Source: Carcharhinus longimanus
Lineage: Eukaryota
Assembly: GCA_030264375.1 (NCBI GenBank)
Contig: JASCQW010000109.1
Span: forward strand, 18,043,657-18,107,656
DNA length: 64,000 nt
Direction: 5' to 3'
Positions within the stretch are counted from its first letter, which is position 1. The number at the start of each line of letters is the position of its first letter. Positions 25,259-37,960 of this stretch are shown here, piece by piece. Below the pieces are notes generated by a model that was not told the DNA's origin, ran no database searches, and saw only the letters and a program-made list of their open reading frames with translations. A program made the position numbers and the translations under genes.

Positions 25259-25510
25259 GATTCGCATGTCGGCCAGACCAAGTAAAGACTGCAGATTTCC
25301 TTCTCTAAAGGGCATTAGTGAACCTGATGGGTTTTCTGACAATCGACAATGGTTTCATGGCCATCAGTATATTCTTAATTCCAGATTTCTTTTATTTATT
25401 GAATTCAAATTCCACCATCTGCTGAGGTGGATTCAAACTCAGGTCCCCAGAACATTAGCTGAGTTTCTGGATTAATAGTCTACTGATAAGACCACTTGGC
25501 AATCACCTCA
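25259..25510 (-). mobile_element. tRNA-derived SINE, second family
   Basis: cagatttccttctctaaagggcattagtgaacc...ttcaaattccaccatctg...ggattcaaactcaggtccccagaacattag. Related fragments near 32580-32770 and 43930-44035. Confidence 0.65.
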
Positions 25511-25950
25511 CCATCCGTGTCAGCAGCTGAAAGATGCAGTAAAAGGAAATAAAAAGACAAGAGGCCAAAATTGGAGAAGCGCAGCAAACTCAGGAAGAGT
25601 TTACAGAAAAAGGGCAAAGCCATGGATGGATTTGAAAGGTTATGTACATATTCAAATTGACAAGTTACCAGACATGAGCGCAGAGGTGATGAGCAAACAG
25701 AACTTGGTGAGTTAAAATGCTCACAATAAAATCTGGAATCAAATTTACATTTTAGAAATTTTCTGTACCACCCAAAAGCATATGCAAAACTGAGTAAACT
25801 GAGAAGCCAAACACACAAACAAGGTAAACTGCAACGTACTACGTTAGCGCATGGAATTTCTTTACTGAAATTTAAAAATGCTACTCATGAAGCAGTTTTG
25901 ATCATAACCTTAAACCTAGAGTGCACTTAATTATAAATTCAGTACCTTAC

Positions 25951-26645
25951 TGACTCAGGAAGCATAGGGGAGAACATGCCCGTTTACATCAATGGGGACG
26001 AAGTAGAAATGGTCAAGAACTTCAAGTTTTTTAGCTGTCCACATCACCAACAACCTGTCCTGGTCCCCCCATGCTGACACTATAGTTAAGAAGGCCTACC
26101 ATGCCTCTACTTTCTCAGAAGACTAAGGAAATTAGGCATGTTAACCATGACTCTCACCAACTTTACAGATGTACCATGGAAAACATTCTTTCTGGTCATA
26201 TCGCAACTTGGTATGGTTCTTAGCTCTGTCCAAGACTGCAAGAAATTACAAAGGGTCGTGAATGTAGCTCAGTCCATCACACAAACCAGCCTCCCGTCCA
26301 GTGACTCCGTCTACACTTCCCGCTACCTCAAAAAAGCAGCCAGCGTAATTAAGGGCCTACGCGCCCTGGACGTACTCGCTTCCACCTTCTTCCGTTAGGG
26401 GAAAGATAGAGAATATGCATCAACCAACTCAAGAACAGCTTCTTCCCTGCTGCCATCAGACTTTTGAATGGACCTCCCTTGCATTAAGTTGATCTTTCTC
26501 TACACCCTAGCTATATCTGTAACACTACATACTGCACTCTCTCGTTTTTTTCTCTATGGACATTATGCTTTGTCTGTAGAGCGCATAAGAAACAATGATT
26601 TTTCACTGTACGCTAGTACATATGACATTAACAAACCAAATCAAA
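25951..26645 (+). mobile_element. Rex1/Babar LINE 3' part
   Basis: VYINGDEVEMVKNFKF; LYFLRRLRKLG; QDCKKLQRVVNVAQSI; tail aacaaaccaaatcaaa. Confidence 0.85.
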
Positions 26646-26789
26646 AGACATACCATTTGAAGAATAAATTGGAAAGGCAACAAAAAATCCACAAGAATAC
26701 GTTTTAAAATATAAAAGGTTCAATAGAACTTAAAGACAGAGTCTGACAGTGATTTCAAAAGCCAGCTAGCAAAGTTCATCTGAAACTAA

Positions 26790-28760
26790 AGTAAAATATA
26801 GGAATAGGCCATTCAGCCCCTTGAGCCTGTTCCAACATTCAATGAATTGATGGCTGACACGTAGGTCTAACTGATACCCCTGCCTTTCGGCTGACAGTCT
26901 TAACAAAAAAATGATCTCTGATTTAAAGATAGCAACTGATCTAGCATCAACTACTATTTGTGGAAGAGGGTTCCAAATGTCTACCATCCTTTGTGTATAG
27001 AAGTGCTTCCTAACGTCTCGGGAACGGTCTGGCCCAAATTTTAGAATTTTCCCCCAATTCTAGAATCTCTCACCTATATCCACCCTGTATTTTCCTGTTA
27101 ATATCTTGAAGACTTTGATCATGTCACCCCATAACCTTCTAAAATTGTAGAGAAAACAGATCTAATTTGTATAATCTCTCCTTTTAACTAACCTCTTAAT
27201 CCAGATATCATTCCTGTAAACCTACACTGCACTTTCTCCAAGACCAAAACATCCTTCCTAATGCATGGTTACCCAAATCTGTTCACAGTACTCCATGTGG
27301 GGTCTAATCAGGGTTTTGTATAGCTGCAGTTTAACTTTTGTATTCTTATACACCAGTCTTCCAGATTTAAAGACCAGCATTCCATTAGCTTTCTTGATTA
27401 TTTTCTGCACCTATACATGGCATTTTAAAGATCTATGCAGCTGAACCCTCCAAGTCTCTTTGGACATCTACTATAGTTAACTTCAAGCCATCTAGAAAAT
27501 CCCGATTTAACCATTCTCAGTCCAAAATGGATAGCCTTACGCTTGTTTACATTGAAATTCATCTGCCAGTTTTGCCCATTCACATAGCCTAGCAATATCC
27601 CTTTGTAATTTTATGCTATCATCTAGACTGTCTACAATGCTGCTTAACTTCTGTGAATCAGCAAATTTGGATATTTGACTTTCTATGCCTTATCCAAGGC
27701 ATTAATAAATGTGAATAATTGAGGCCCTAACACAGATTCTGGTGGGACACCACTAATCACATCGTCAATTTGAGTGCTTACCCATTATGCCTACTTTCTG
27801 TTGTCTGCCAGTGAAACAATTTCCCAGCCATGTCAGTAATTTGCCTTCAATTCTGTGAGCTTTCACCATAGTTAACAACCTCTTATGTAGGACTTTATCA
27901 AATGCATTCTGGAAGTCCATACAAACAACATCCACTCACATTCCCTTATCTACTACATTAGTCATCTTTTTAAAAAAACTGTTACCCTATCCTTGAATAT
28001 AGATCCCAATAATGTTCTTACCACAGATGTTAGGCTAACTGGTCTGTAATTCCCTGGTTTTACTCTTTCACTCTTCTTAAAAAGCAGAGTGACTTGAGCA
28101 ATTTTCAATCCAGAGAGACGACTCCTGAATCTAGGGAACTCAAAGATTATTGTTATGGCATCTATTTCCTTTATAACCCTCAGATAGAAACCATCAGGTT
28201 CTGGGCATTGTCAATATTTTACTTATGTTAATTTTATTTAGACCCTGTCCTCATTCCACTATTAACTTTGTGTTTTACAGTAAGGTATCTTCCTTTTCTA
28301 CTGTAAGTACTGAGGCAAAAGTGTCTGCCATTTATTTCCCCATAGTCATTGAAGATACCCCTATTTTGATATTTAGTGGGTCCACGTGTTCCTGACAACC
28401 CTCTTTCCTTTTATACAACTATAAAATTTCTTCTTATTGATTTTGATGTCCCTTGCAAGTTTCCTTTCATAAGCTCTTTTAGTAGCTCTTATAAGGTCCT
28501 TTGCTGGTCTTTGTACCTTTTCCATTCAGCAGAATCATGCTGATTTTTGCATCTTAATAAGTTCTTTCTTTTATTTTTCTGCTGTTCCTTATCCATGGCT
28601 ATTCTTCTGTGAAGCTATGCTTTTTTATTTCAAGGGTATAAACTGGTTCTGTATTGTGCTAAATATTCCTTTAAACATCCTTCACTATTCTTCACTTGTT
28701 TTACCCATTATCAGATTTTCCAAATCTAAAATTCTAGTAATTGATTTGTGTTTTTCACTT
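26790..28760 (-). mobile_element. CR1-clade LINE, decayed
   Basis: MVDIWNPLPQIVVDA (ORF 26766..26987), minus-strand MDFQNAFDKVLH motif at about 27890-27920, reverse CR1 tail at about 26800. Confidence 0.82.
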
Positions 28761-29329
28761 TCATATTCCTTTTCCTGCAAGGGAAACCTTACCTCAACAT
28801 CAACTGGAAGTTTCCTAAAAGGGAGATAACTGCATATGCATTAGTCTCTTGACTTTTAGCACCTTTTTTTTTAAAACAGATTTTCTACTTTGGAAGTTGA
28901 AAGCTTATAACTCGGCGCATGGACAGCAAGTTCCAACAGCCTCCTACTACTCTACTGCGATTTAATACATGACTGCCTGAGGAATTCCACACAAGATGCC
29001 TGCTCCTACGGTTTCTCTTAGAAGCAGCTTTAAAGCATTAAAAAAACCAAAATGATTAATGGATGTAAAAGTCATTACATAACAATCATCTACGAAGGTA
29101 GAAGGTTATAGCAAGATCACAAAATTATTCACCTAAGCCAAGATCAGCTATTTGATTGCCATTAGATCAAATTCAGAGGTCAGTGCATGTATGCAGACAA
29201 TACTATTCCCATACAGGATGGCAAAAGGCCTGCATCCTTCATTATATCCCTACATGTACAAGATACAAAGGTTCATGATAAAATAATTTTAAAACATTGC
29301 CATAGCACAAAATAACTAACATGTTTAGG

Positions 29330-29780
29330 CAGTGCTTCCCAACCTTTTATATTTCACGGCACACCTCTATACTATAAAGAAAATTGATGCACACCTCCTA
29401 TTTTCTGTTTTCTTCACTTACTGGCAACTTGGTTTTTAACTTCTCCCAGTCCTCTTACCTTTTTGTTTTAACTTCTCCCTGTATCTCTCACTTCTCACAT
29501 GGTTTTTGCACCCTTTTTGTGCAGGTAGATTCATGGGACCTTTTCTGTTCAGCTTCAGTCCCACTGGTCAAGCGCATGGGCCTGACCAACATAAAAAATC
29601 TAAACCATGCATGAGCGGCTCTTTCCCAGTCACCTCATGCGTGGTGGGCCCCAAGATTCATCTGGACTTGAAGATGCCAACCACAGAGCTGAAGATGAAG
29701 GTTAGTTTTAGTTTAATTACATGAATTTTGAACTTTTCTTCATGGCACACTTCGAGAGTCTTCATGGTTGGGAACCACTG
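29330..29780. mobile_element. hAT (Charlie-like) MITE
   Basis: 15-bp TIRs cagtgcttcccaacc (29330-29344) and ggttgggaaccactg (29766-29780) with one mismatch. Subterminal ttca[c/t]ggcacac occurs twice. TSD degraded. Confidence 0.7.
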
Positions 29781-29784
29781 TGTG

Positions 29785-30170
29785 ACGACATCCTGACTTC
29801 CCACAGTCCATCCACCCTCTACAAGGTACAAGTCAGGAGGACGATGAAATACTCTATTTACCTGGATGGGTGCAGTTTCAAAACTCAAGAAGCCCATCCA
29901 GGACAAAGCAGCTAATTTGATTAGCACTCCATCTAACACAATAAACATTACTGCAAGTTCCTCTCCAAGCCACACACCAGCCTGACTTGAATTATATCAC
30001 CATTCCTTCACCGTCATCTAATCATAATTCTGGAACTCACTTAACAAGCTTTGTGGGTGTTCGTATATCATTTGGACTGCAGTGGTTTAAGAAGGCAGCT
30101 CGCCACCAGCTTCAGTTAGGAATTGGCAATAACTGCTGGCCTAGCCAGGTACAGCCACACCCACGACATA
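29785..30170 (+). mobile_element. LINE 3' fragment, same family as 54830-57920
   Basis: tccaccctctacaaggtacaagtcaggag...atgaaatactct...ggactgcagtggtttaagaaggcagctcgccacca. Confidence 0.65.
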
Positions 30171-30172
30171 AT

Positions 30173-30500
30173 GGGTAGCACAGCTGCCTCACAGCACTAG
30201 GGACCTGGGTTCAATTCCAGCCTCGGAAGACTCACAGTATGGAGCTTGCACATTTCTCCCCATTTGTGTAGGTTTCCTTTAGCTGCTCCAGGTTGTCTCC
30301 CACAGTCTAAAAATATGCAGGTTAGGTGGATTGGCCATACTAAATTGCCCCTTATTGTCCAACGATGTATAGGATAGCTGAATTAGCCATGGTAAGTGTG
30401 AAGGGTTATGGGGACAGGGCAGAGGATATTTTGTCAAGAGGGTCAGTGTCGGTTTGTTGGGGCCAAAAAGGCGTCCTTCTGCACTGCAGGAATTCTATGA
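30173..30500 (+). mobile_element. HE1/V-SINE-type SINE
   Basis: gctgcctcacagcactagggacctgggttcaattcc...ggttaggtggattggccatactaaattgcccctt. Confidence 0.85.
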
Positions 30501-31405
30501 TACCTCCTGCACCAGAACCAAAAATTCGCACCAACAAATGTAAAATCAAATCTGACTTCAATTCCTGTATAAATTCTGCAATCAAAAAGGAAATTAAGAC
30601 ATTCTTACCAAGCAAACGAGGCAACATCGTCTATTGGTCTTCCATGAAGAGGCAACACATTAACAAAAACGTCCTATTCAAATTTTCAAGCAAAGCTGGA
30701 ATTGAAACCTGGGACCCAATTCTACAAACATTTTTCCCACGTTGTTGGGGATGAGGTGGTTAAGAATGGGAGAAGAATTTTCCACAGTACTGGACAAAAC
30801 TAGCCTGTGCCAAATTGGAACAAAGATCTCAATTTTCTCCCTCTTGTCCACCACCCAGTATGCCTCATCTTGGTCCCATTGCTAAACTGATAGATGGGTG
30901 TATGATGCTAGTTGAAGAGTGGACATCTGTAAATGCTCAAGCTCCTGCAAGACATGCATGGCCAAGTACTTTTCCGAGTACTTCAAAACCATGGAAGTGC
31001 CTGGCTTCTTCTCTTTGCTTTGTCTTACAGCTACTAAGCTTTTAAGATTGAAGCTTGGTATCAGCTAATCACGTTTTCCCTATTCATTTCTTTTCATTTC
31101 TAATATTAGTGCTGCTTTACACTACACCCACAGGTCTCAGCCAGTCACCCAGACTTTGAAACTGTACTCCACAGTGAGTCATAGACTGATTAGGACAAAC
31201 AAAACTGGTGAAAATTTAAAAGAATTACATGCACCTGTGGTCACAATGCAATAGTCACCTGCTCTGCTCCCCAGGTTAAACAGCATCCTCCCTTAAGTAA
31301 TTTGCCTGTTCAGCTCTGCAAGGAAGCACTGAAGAACAATCTTTTCATGCAACTCTACAAATACAGGCCAGGTACTGTAGCAGAGAGTCGAATTAATGCA
31401 CCTAC

Positions 31406-31463
31406 CTGGTACGAACCGGTACGGATTCCAGCAACCACCTTTGTTTGTATTCTCAGGCAGGGG
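31406..31463 (-). CDS. FAM53C: FAM53C, second coding exon (PLPENTNKGGCWNPYRFVP-E)
   Basis: Acceptor tctttgatctttcag|CCC and donor CAG|GTAGGT. The 58 nt join phase 0 to phase 1 as required, and align with human [20 protein letters not shown]. Confidence 0.9.
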
Positions 31464-31499
31464 CTGAAAGATCAAAGATGAAGGGAGATAGATCTCAGT

Positions 31500-32140
31500 A
31501 TCTGTTACAACATAAAATAAGTATAAATCAATACAAAATAAAGGGTATAATTCTAAAAGAGGTGTATTTGTGCAGAACAATTTAAGGTGACAGGACATGT
31601 AAGAGAGTGGCTAATAAAGCATACAGTAACCCGGGCTTTTTTAATAGGTCATACAGCACAAAGGAAGTAAGTTGCATTAAACTTGTCTAAGACACTAGTT
31701 AGGCCTCAAATGGAGTGTTGTATCCAGTTCCGGACACCGCATTTTGGGAAGGATGTAAAGCTATTAGAGCGCAGGAAAGATTCACAATAATGTTCCACAT
31801 ATGAGGAACTTCTCAAATAGGTTGGAGAAATTGGGATTGTTTTGCTTGGAAAAGAGAAGATTGAGAGGAAAGTTGGAGAGGCAATCTAAATTATGAGGAG
31901 TCTAAACAAAGTAGATAAGGAAAAACGATTCCCATCGGCGGCACAGATTTGAGGTCAATGGTAAAAGAAACAATTGCAACAGGAAGAAAAGCTTTCACAC
32001 AACGAGTGGTGAGAATCTGGAGTGCACTGCCTGAGAGACTGTGGAAGCAAGTCCAAGCAAGGCATTTGAAAGGGAATTGGATCATTATCTGAAAGAGAAG
32101 ATCATGCTGGGACTATGGAGAGGAGGTAAATAATAGGCAC
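31500..32140 (+). mobile_element. Old CR1 3' fragment
   Basis: acactagttaggcctcaaatggagtgttgtatccagttc; tttcacacaacgagtggtgagaatctggagtgcactgcctgag. Confidence 0.75.
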
Positions 32141-33179
32141 TCTCTCCAAAACATAGAAGTAGCCTAGACGGGTTTTGGGAAAAATAGGTGCTGAGGACAC
32201 AGGTAAAGAGAGTCAGGACGTGCATAGAGGGTGCATGTGGTTTCCTACTCCCACTGTGTCCTAAGGAAAAGAAACACATCATCGCATCCTTGTATTTTGA
32301 ACTGAAACTAATTACTTTACGTAAACCCCTCTGACCCCTCCTCGTTCCTAAAAAAAACCCTATTTAAATCCTTGCAGGGGATTTAGGTGCAGAACTGCAA
32401 TGTATGGAGGGTACATGTTATTTGTATAATGAAAACAACTGGAGCAGGCATTCCTCATAATCCCAAGTTAGTACATGTTTAATGGGGAGCCCATAACTGA
32501 ACACAGACTTTGAAATGAGGCTGATGCTGCCAAACCAGAATTTATTGAGCATCATTAGTTGTCCATTAGTCCAGCAGTGTGCGACTCAAATCATATGGAG
32601 GCTATGTAGGAGCTGTTAGCTTTCCTGCCCTGAAGAACATTAATGAACAAGTTGGTATTTTACAACAATTCAACAATGTTCATAGTTCACTTTCTGATTG
32701 TTAGCTAACAAATCACCAGCCACACGAATGCAATCACAAGTTACCAGTCCTTGCAGGTTTACTGGTCAAATGTAACCTGAAAGAGGAATGTCCAGGACGC
32801 AGCCATAGAATTCATAGAATGCCCTTTAATCTGGGCTTCTTGTCCTTCAAGACAATAGCAACGCAGAATGCATTTACCCACCAATTAGTCATCTGCATTT
32901 TTGTCCTGGCTCCGTGCAAGGAATAAATGCCAAGACTTCCACCATTTCTCTACGTGAGAGCACAATTGCTTAGGATTCTGGGATTATCAAAGCCAAAATG
33001 GCCACGTCCATCATCCAGGCAGTTTAGTAGGGTTCCAGAGAATACGAAGGTAATTGCTACTGCTGACCTACGTCCCAAAAGTTGCACTGCAAATAGGACA
33101 GGATACCACACATGACTAAGTTTCGGATGAATTTCTGGCTTAGGATTGTTTCTTGTTATGTTTTGTTTTACCATGGAAA

Positions 33180-35150
33180 TGTGCTCGCACTGATGAGGAA
33201 GCCGCAATCAGTTTTATTTGCTTTTGCCAGGCGCAGCGATCCTAGATGAACTTCTCCCAGGAATTGGGGTTGATATCAACTGTGAAGCAAAGCATTCAGA
33301 GTGTCCTTGTAGCACTTCCTTTGACTGCCATGTGCACACACCCCACACTCAAATTCTCCATAGAAGATGTGTTTTGGTAAGTGACTGTCAGGCATTCAGT
33401 TCAACTCATATTTGGCACGAGAGCACCTGAAGTGTCATGTATTTTGTCCTTCCATCAGATCTTCAGAAAGTTCTGAAGGCAACTCAAGCAAAAACGATTG
33501 AACTTCTTGACATGATGATGGTACACAATACACAAAGTCTCGCTTATAGAGGAAAATGAGCAGGGTTATTGTTCTAGGGACTTTCAGTAAGGAGGCAGAC
33601 TTAGTCCTCTTCATTCCCAAAATGATGTTCGAAGTCTGCCAAAGGACACAATTTAGCAATCCTTACATGTGTTTTGTCATTGATAAAGATAGTTCAGGAG
33701 AGCTTGGTGCTGAGATAAGTGAACTTATCCACTATTGACAGGTTCTGGGTCATGGACTGAAACCTTGGGCTCAAGGTGGAGCTCATTTAGAGTATGTCAT
33801 GCTGGTATATCATGCTGACTGCAAGGCCAAAGTTCTTGCACACATTGGTAACAAGTCAATGCTGCATTGTATGTCCAGTTCTAATCTGGCAGCATAACTG
33901 GTCAAATGGAACCTGCCTGATGAATGGCCAAACAGCAGCCATGGAATTCATCGAATTCCTAGCCTGCCCATCTGGGCTTGTCTCCTGAAAGGTAGTAGCA
34001 GTGTAGAACTTATTCAACCAACCAGTCAGTTAGTTATCTGTTGCTCTGCCCAAACTCCTTCAACCATAAGAAACTAATAACCGCAGAGACATCCTATATT
34101 GTTCTACGTGAGGATGCAATAATGTAGGGTCCTGTGAATGTCTACAAAGGGCAATGGGACAATTTAGCACATGATGCCTGGGAACCTGGCAGCAACTCGA
34201 AAAAGGAGCAGGCCTTTGGCATAATTCTGATGAAAGGTACTGACTGAAACCATTCTGCTTCTCCTGCCACGGATGCAGTCTTTTTCTTTTAGATTTCCAG
34301 CATCTTTAGGTTTGCTTTGGTATAGTCTATTGACTAAGCAAAAGGACCAAGTCAGAGGAGGGGGGCGATTTAAGGGGGATTTTTCTTTTAATAACCATCC
34401 ATAGTTGTAGCAATTGTTCATAACTAGTCTAAAAGCCAGAAGTCGCACTGTAAAATTCATGATTTGGATTGCTGCACCCTGTTGCAGCGGTATCATTCAA
34501 TTCAGTTTTGATCAGAGTCAATAACTGGAATCAAATACATTGACTTCTGTTTAGCCGCTGCTTGGAGCTGTGCAGTGTCAAAACCACCAGCATCCTATCA
34601 TTGCATCGTGACATCTTTATTGCTAAGTCAACAGATTGAACTTATCCTGCTTGGAGCACTCTGGATTTATTTTCCTTGGTGTACTTTCTACACCTATCAA
34701 TGTTAAAATATGCAATCCACTCCAGTCTTTGATGGATCCTGTTCATTTTGGAGATATGGATCCAGAATGACTGTTCAATAAGGATTACCTCATTAAGAAT
34801 CGTGCAACAAAACAATCTAGTTGTGTCTATGCAAGATCCAAAAGGTAGCTTCCAATCTGACATTAGTTTAACAAACCTTCTCTGGCAACTGATCAGATAT
34901 TTCAACTTCTCCAATGATGTCATGTCAATTTCTTTTTCAACCAGAACAAGAAAATGAGCAGATTCTGCTTCACACCTCAAGTGTCTCTTGTGCAGGAATC
35001 AGCAGGAGTGTCAAACTTACTGATTCTATCATGACAATTGTTACATTTGATTCAATTGGTCATGTAATGTTGTTCTGTGAGGTTATCCAGCATGTAGTCT
35101 AAAGAAAGGTGCAGCTTTTCCTCAAATATTACTCAGCATAAGAGGAACTC
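33180..35150 (-). mobile_element. Highly decayed RTE-clade LINE
   Basis: Minus-strand MPDSHLPKHIFYGEF, CYKDTL and DINPNSWEK..DRCAW match the RTE ORF C-terminus. The upstream limit is uncertain. Confidence 0.6.
34226..34318 (+). mobile_element. Single-arm relic of the hammerhead-bearing repeat
   Basis: ctgatgaaaggtactgactgaaac followed by ctgcttctcctgccacggatgc...agatttccagcatc, as in the right arms at 2620-2730 and 47153-47284. Confidence 0.55.
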
Positions 35151-36129
35151 AGTGACAGGAACTTCCAGTGAAAACTATAGACAAAAAAAAAAGCAGGAAT
35201 GGCAGGTAGGGAGTTTAAATCTAGGCTCATTACAAGGTGCTTATTTTCTGAATGGTTTGTAGACACATCCAAATGCCCCTCATGGAAGTATTTACACTGC
35301 CCTCAAATGAGTATAATCCAGTGGTTAACAGAATTAGGTTGGGTGCAGCAGAACTGTTAAAGGACTCTTGAGCTTAGGGATCACTGTCAGAAACAACAGA
35401 TAGCTTTGGAGGAATGAGGTGTAACCTGCTCTCACTTTACAAGTAATTTGTACTGATGAACTCTCGCTCAAAGATCCCTTCATGCCTAATCTATGGCAAG
35501 CCAGCATTTGTCCAATCCATGCAAGCAAATGTGTATATACACATTACTAGCTAACCAGCCTTGGATAGATTTCTTGACCTCACTGGATTTATCCATCTCG
35601 TTCTGGATATAGGAAATCAAATTCAGCCATTCTATTTGGAAATGCTCTAAAGCCAAGGTAAATTTAGCAAGTAGCAGTACTATTTGGGGTGAAAGTATTC
35701 TGATCAACGATCAAAAAGTGTGATTGCAAATTGATTTGGCACAGACAGCTGCAGGAGCACCTGAAAATTGCTTCTGACATGAGCAAGATGTAGCATGAGT
35801 CAGTGCCGATGGCCTTACAACCAATCATAGCCTCCTTGCAGAGAATAAAATTCCAAACAGTGCCTTAACTCGTGTATACTAAAACTCTTCTTTCACCTGC
35901 CTGCCTTATTTGCACATTAGAAGATCACAAGAGTAGGATTAATCACTGGTACATAACCATACAACCCAAAAAGGGCACAGATATTTGTCCTCAGACAGCC
36001 TACGGTGAGTCTTCTTGGTTCACGGGTGTTGACCATACAGACAACTGAACAAGCCAGATAAATTATCAGATCAATCAGGATGTCTTAATAGTTTGGTGGC
36101 AAGGGTCCTGGAATTTCACAGGGTGCAGG

Positions 36130-36620
36130 AATAACTGACCTCTGATGGTCTAGCAAGCCACTCAGTTATGTCAAACTGCTACAGAAAAGTCAAACAACAA
36201 AACTAAAAAGACAAATGGCATCAATTAGGCACGAAAAGCAACAAAAGTACACACTGCCCAATCCATTCTGTGAAGTCACTCTCATTAATATCTGGGGACT
36301 TGTGGCAAAACTGGGAGAGTTTGCACACAGACAAGTCAAGTAACTGCCTGACATGGCCAGATCTAACAATATCATACCTTGCCGTCAGTCAATCTCTTGA
36401 GTTCATCACTATCCCTTCAAATTCCCTGTCCCACCACCAGGATTGACAAACCAGAGGTGACAATACAGTGGTACACAGCAATATACAGTAATGGCGAGGT
36501 GGAGGGGTCCAGTAAGGCCTCAACACTCCAGACTCTATGAAGTCTTATGGGCAGGGAAACCCTGATTATCACCAGCCACCCTTCAACTGACTTAGTCAGT
36601 GCTCCACCATGTTGAACACA
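36130..36620 (+). mobile_element. LINE endonuclease-region fragment (54830-57920 family)
   Basis: ggggacttgtggcaaaactgggagagttt...ctgtcccaccaccaggattgaca...cagtgctccaccatgttgaaca is the reverse complement of text near 57330-57560. Appears to continue at about 38180-38505. Confidence 0.55.
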
Positions 36621-36659
36621 AGTTAAATAAAGCAAAAAGTAACAAGGGCATCGTATATA

Positions 36660-37235
36660 CTCATTTGATTTATTGTCACATGTATTGGTATATAGTGAAA
36701 GTAATGTTTCTTGTGCACTTTACAGACAAAGGATACCATACATAGAGAAGAACAGGAAGGTGCAGAATGTAGTGTCGCAGTCATAGTTAGAGTGTAGGGA
36801 AAGATCAATTTACTACAAGGTAGGTACATTCAAAAGTTGATGGCAGCAGGGAAGCAGATGGAAGAGACGATGTCTGGAGTGCGAGGGGTCCCTGATTATG
36901 CTGGCTGCTTTTCCAACACAACGGGAAGTGTAGTCAATGGATGGGAGACTGGTTTGCGCCATAAACTAAGCTACATTCAGGACCTTTTGTAGTTTCTTGC
37001 AGTCTTGGGCAGAGCAGGAGCCATCCCAAGCTGTGATACTACCAGAAAGAATGCTTTCAGTGGTGCACCTGTAAAAGATGGTGAGAGTCGTAGCACACAT
37101 GCCAAATTTCCTTAGCCTCCTGAGAAAGCAGAGGCGTTGGTGGACTTTCTTAACAATGACATCAGCATGGAGGGACTAGGACAGGTTGCTGGTGAACTGG
37201 ACATTCACAAGCTCTGAACCATTTCTACTTTCCTG
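36660..37235 (-). mobile_element. Rex1/Babar LINE 3' end
   Basis: Reverse-complement match to 26000-26640 (gtagtttcttgcagtcttgggcagagc; aatttccttagcctcctgagaaag). Confidence 0.8.
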
Positions 37236-37369
37236 TGTGGGGAACTTCAATGTTCATTACTGACTGACTGGTAACGCTACTCACCATCAAAGTCAGTCCC
37301 TCTAAACAAGGTGGATGTCAGCTAGGCTTTATGATTTTTCTTCTCAGGTGACTCAAAAGCTTTCCTGAT

Positions 37370-37960
37370 GCCACATTTCTGTCTTGAGACTTATTGGACA
37401 AGCTGCTTTCAGTTTGCATCACTTTCCCATCAAACCCTGATGTCAAGTTGTTCCCTTTCCAATGAGGCCTTCAGCATGCCATTAAAGGCAATTACCTGTT
37501 CTTCTGGAGATCAGATGCCATCCTTAAAAAAATGTGAAAGATCTACTTTGAAAGCCAATTATTTGGCATGCAGATTCAATGTCCAGATTGGCAGAGCTGA
37601 CTTCATATGATCATGGTTGCTATGTTAGAGGAATAGATTTCTGTGAAGTTGGAGTTTGTTTGCCTGTCTTTCCATTCGACTATGAGTATCCGACGAAGAC
37701 ACTGGTGGTGGAAAAATTCTCCAACCGGAGGTACCCCTAGCCTCACTGTCATAAGAGAAGGGCAGTAACAAAATAATATTGTAGACTAAAGCCTTTGCCC
37801 TCTTATGGAGGCTTGCAATTTTTTGAAAACTGCGGTGGTACAACTGACTCTGTTTCAAATCTCCTCCTTGACGGTGATCTTTTGAGAAAGAGAGCTGTCA
37901 ATATGCAGGAAGTGTTCAACAACTTTTGAAGTCTTCCCAGCGCCCCTACTGACCTATCTA
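37370..37960 (-). mobile_element. Decayed RTE-clade LINE fragment
   Basis: Minus-strand HHQCLRRILIVEWKDRQTN resembles the RTE FHQRCLRRILxIxWxDxxTN motif. Confidence 0.6.

Noticed and set aside
25833-25845. Small palindrome aacgtactacgtt
   Set aside because: The 6-bp arms are expected by chance in 64 kb and there is no supporting context.
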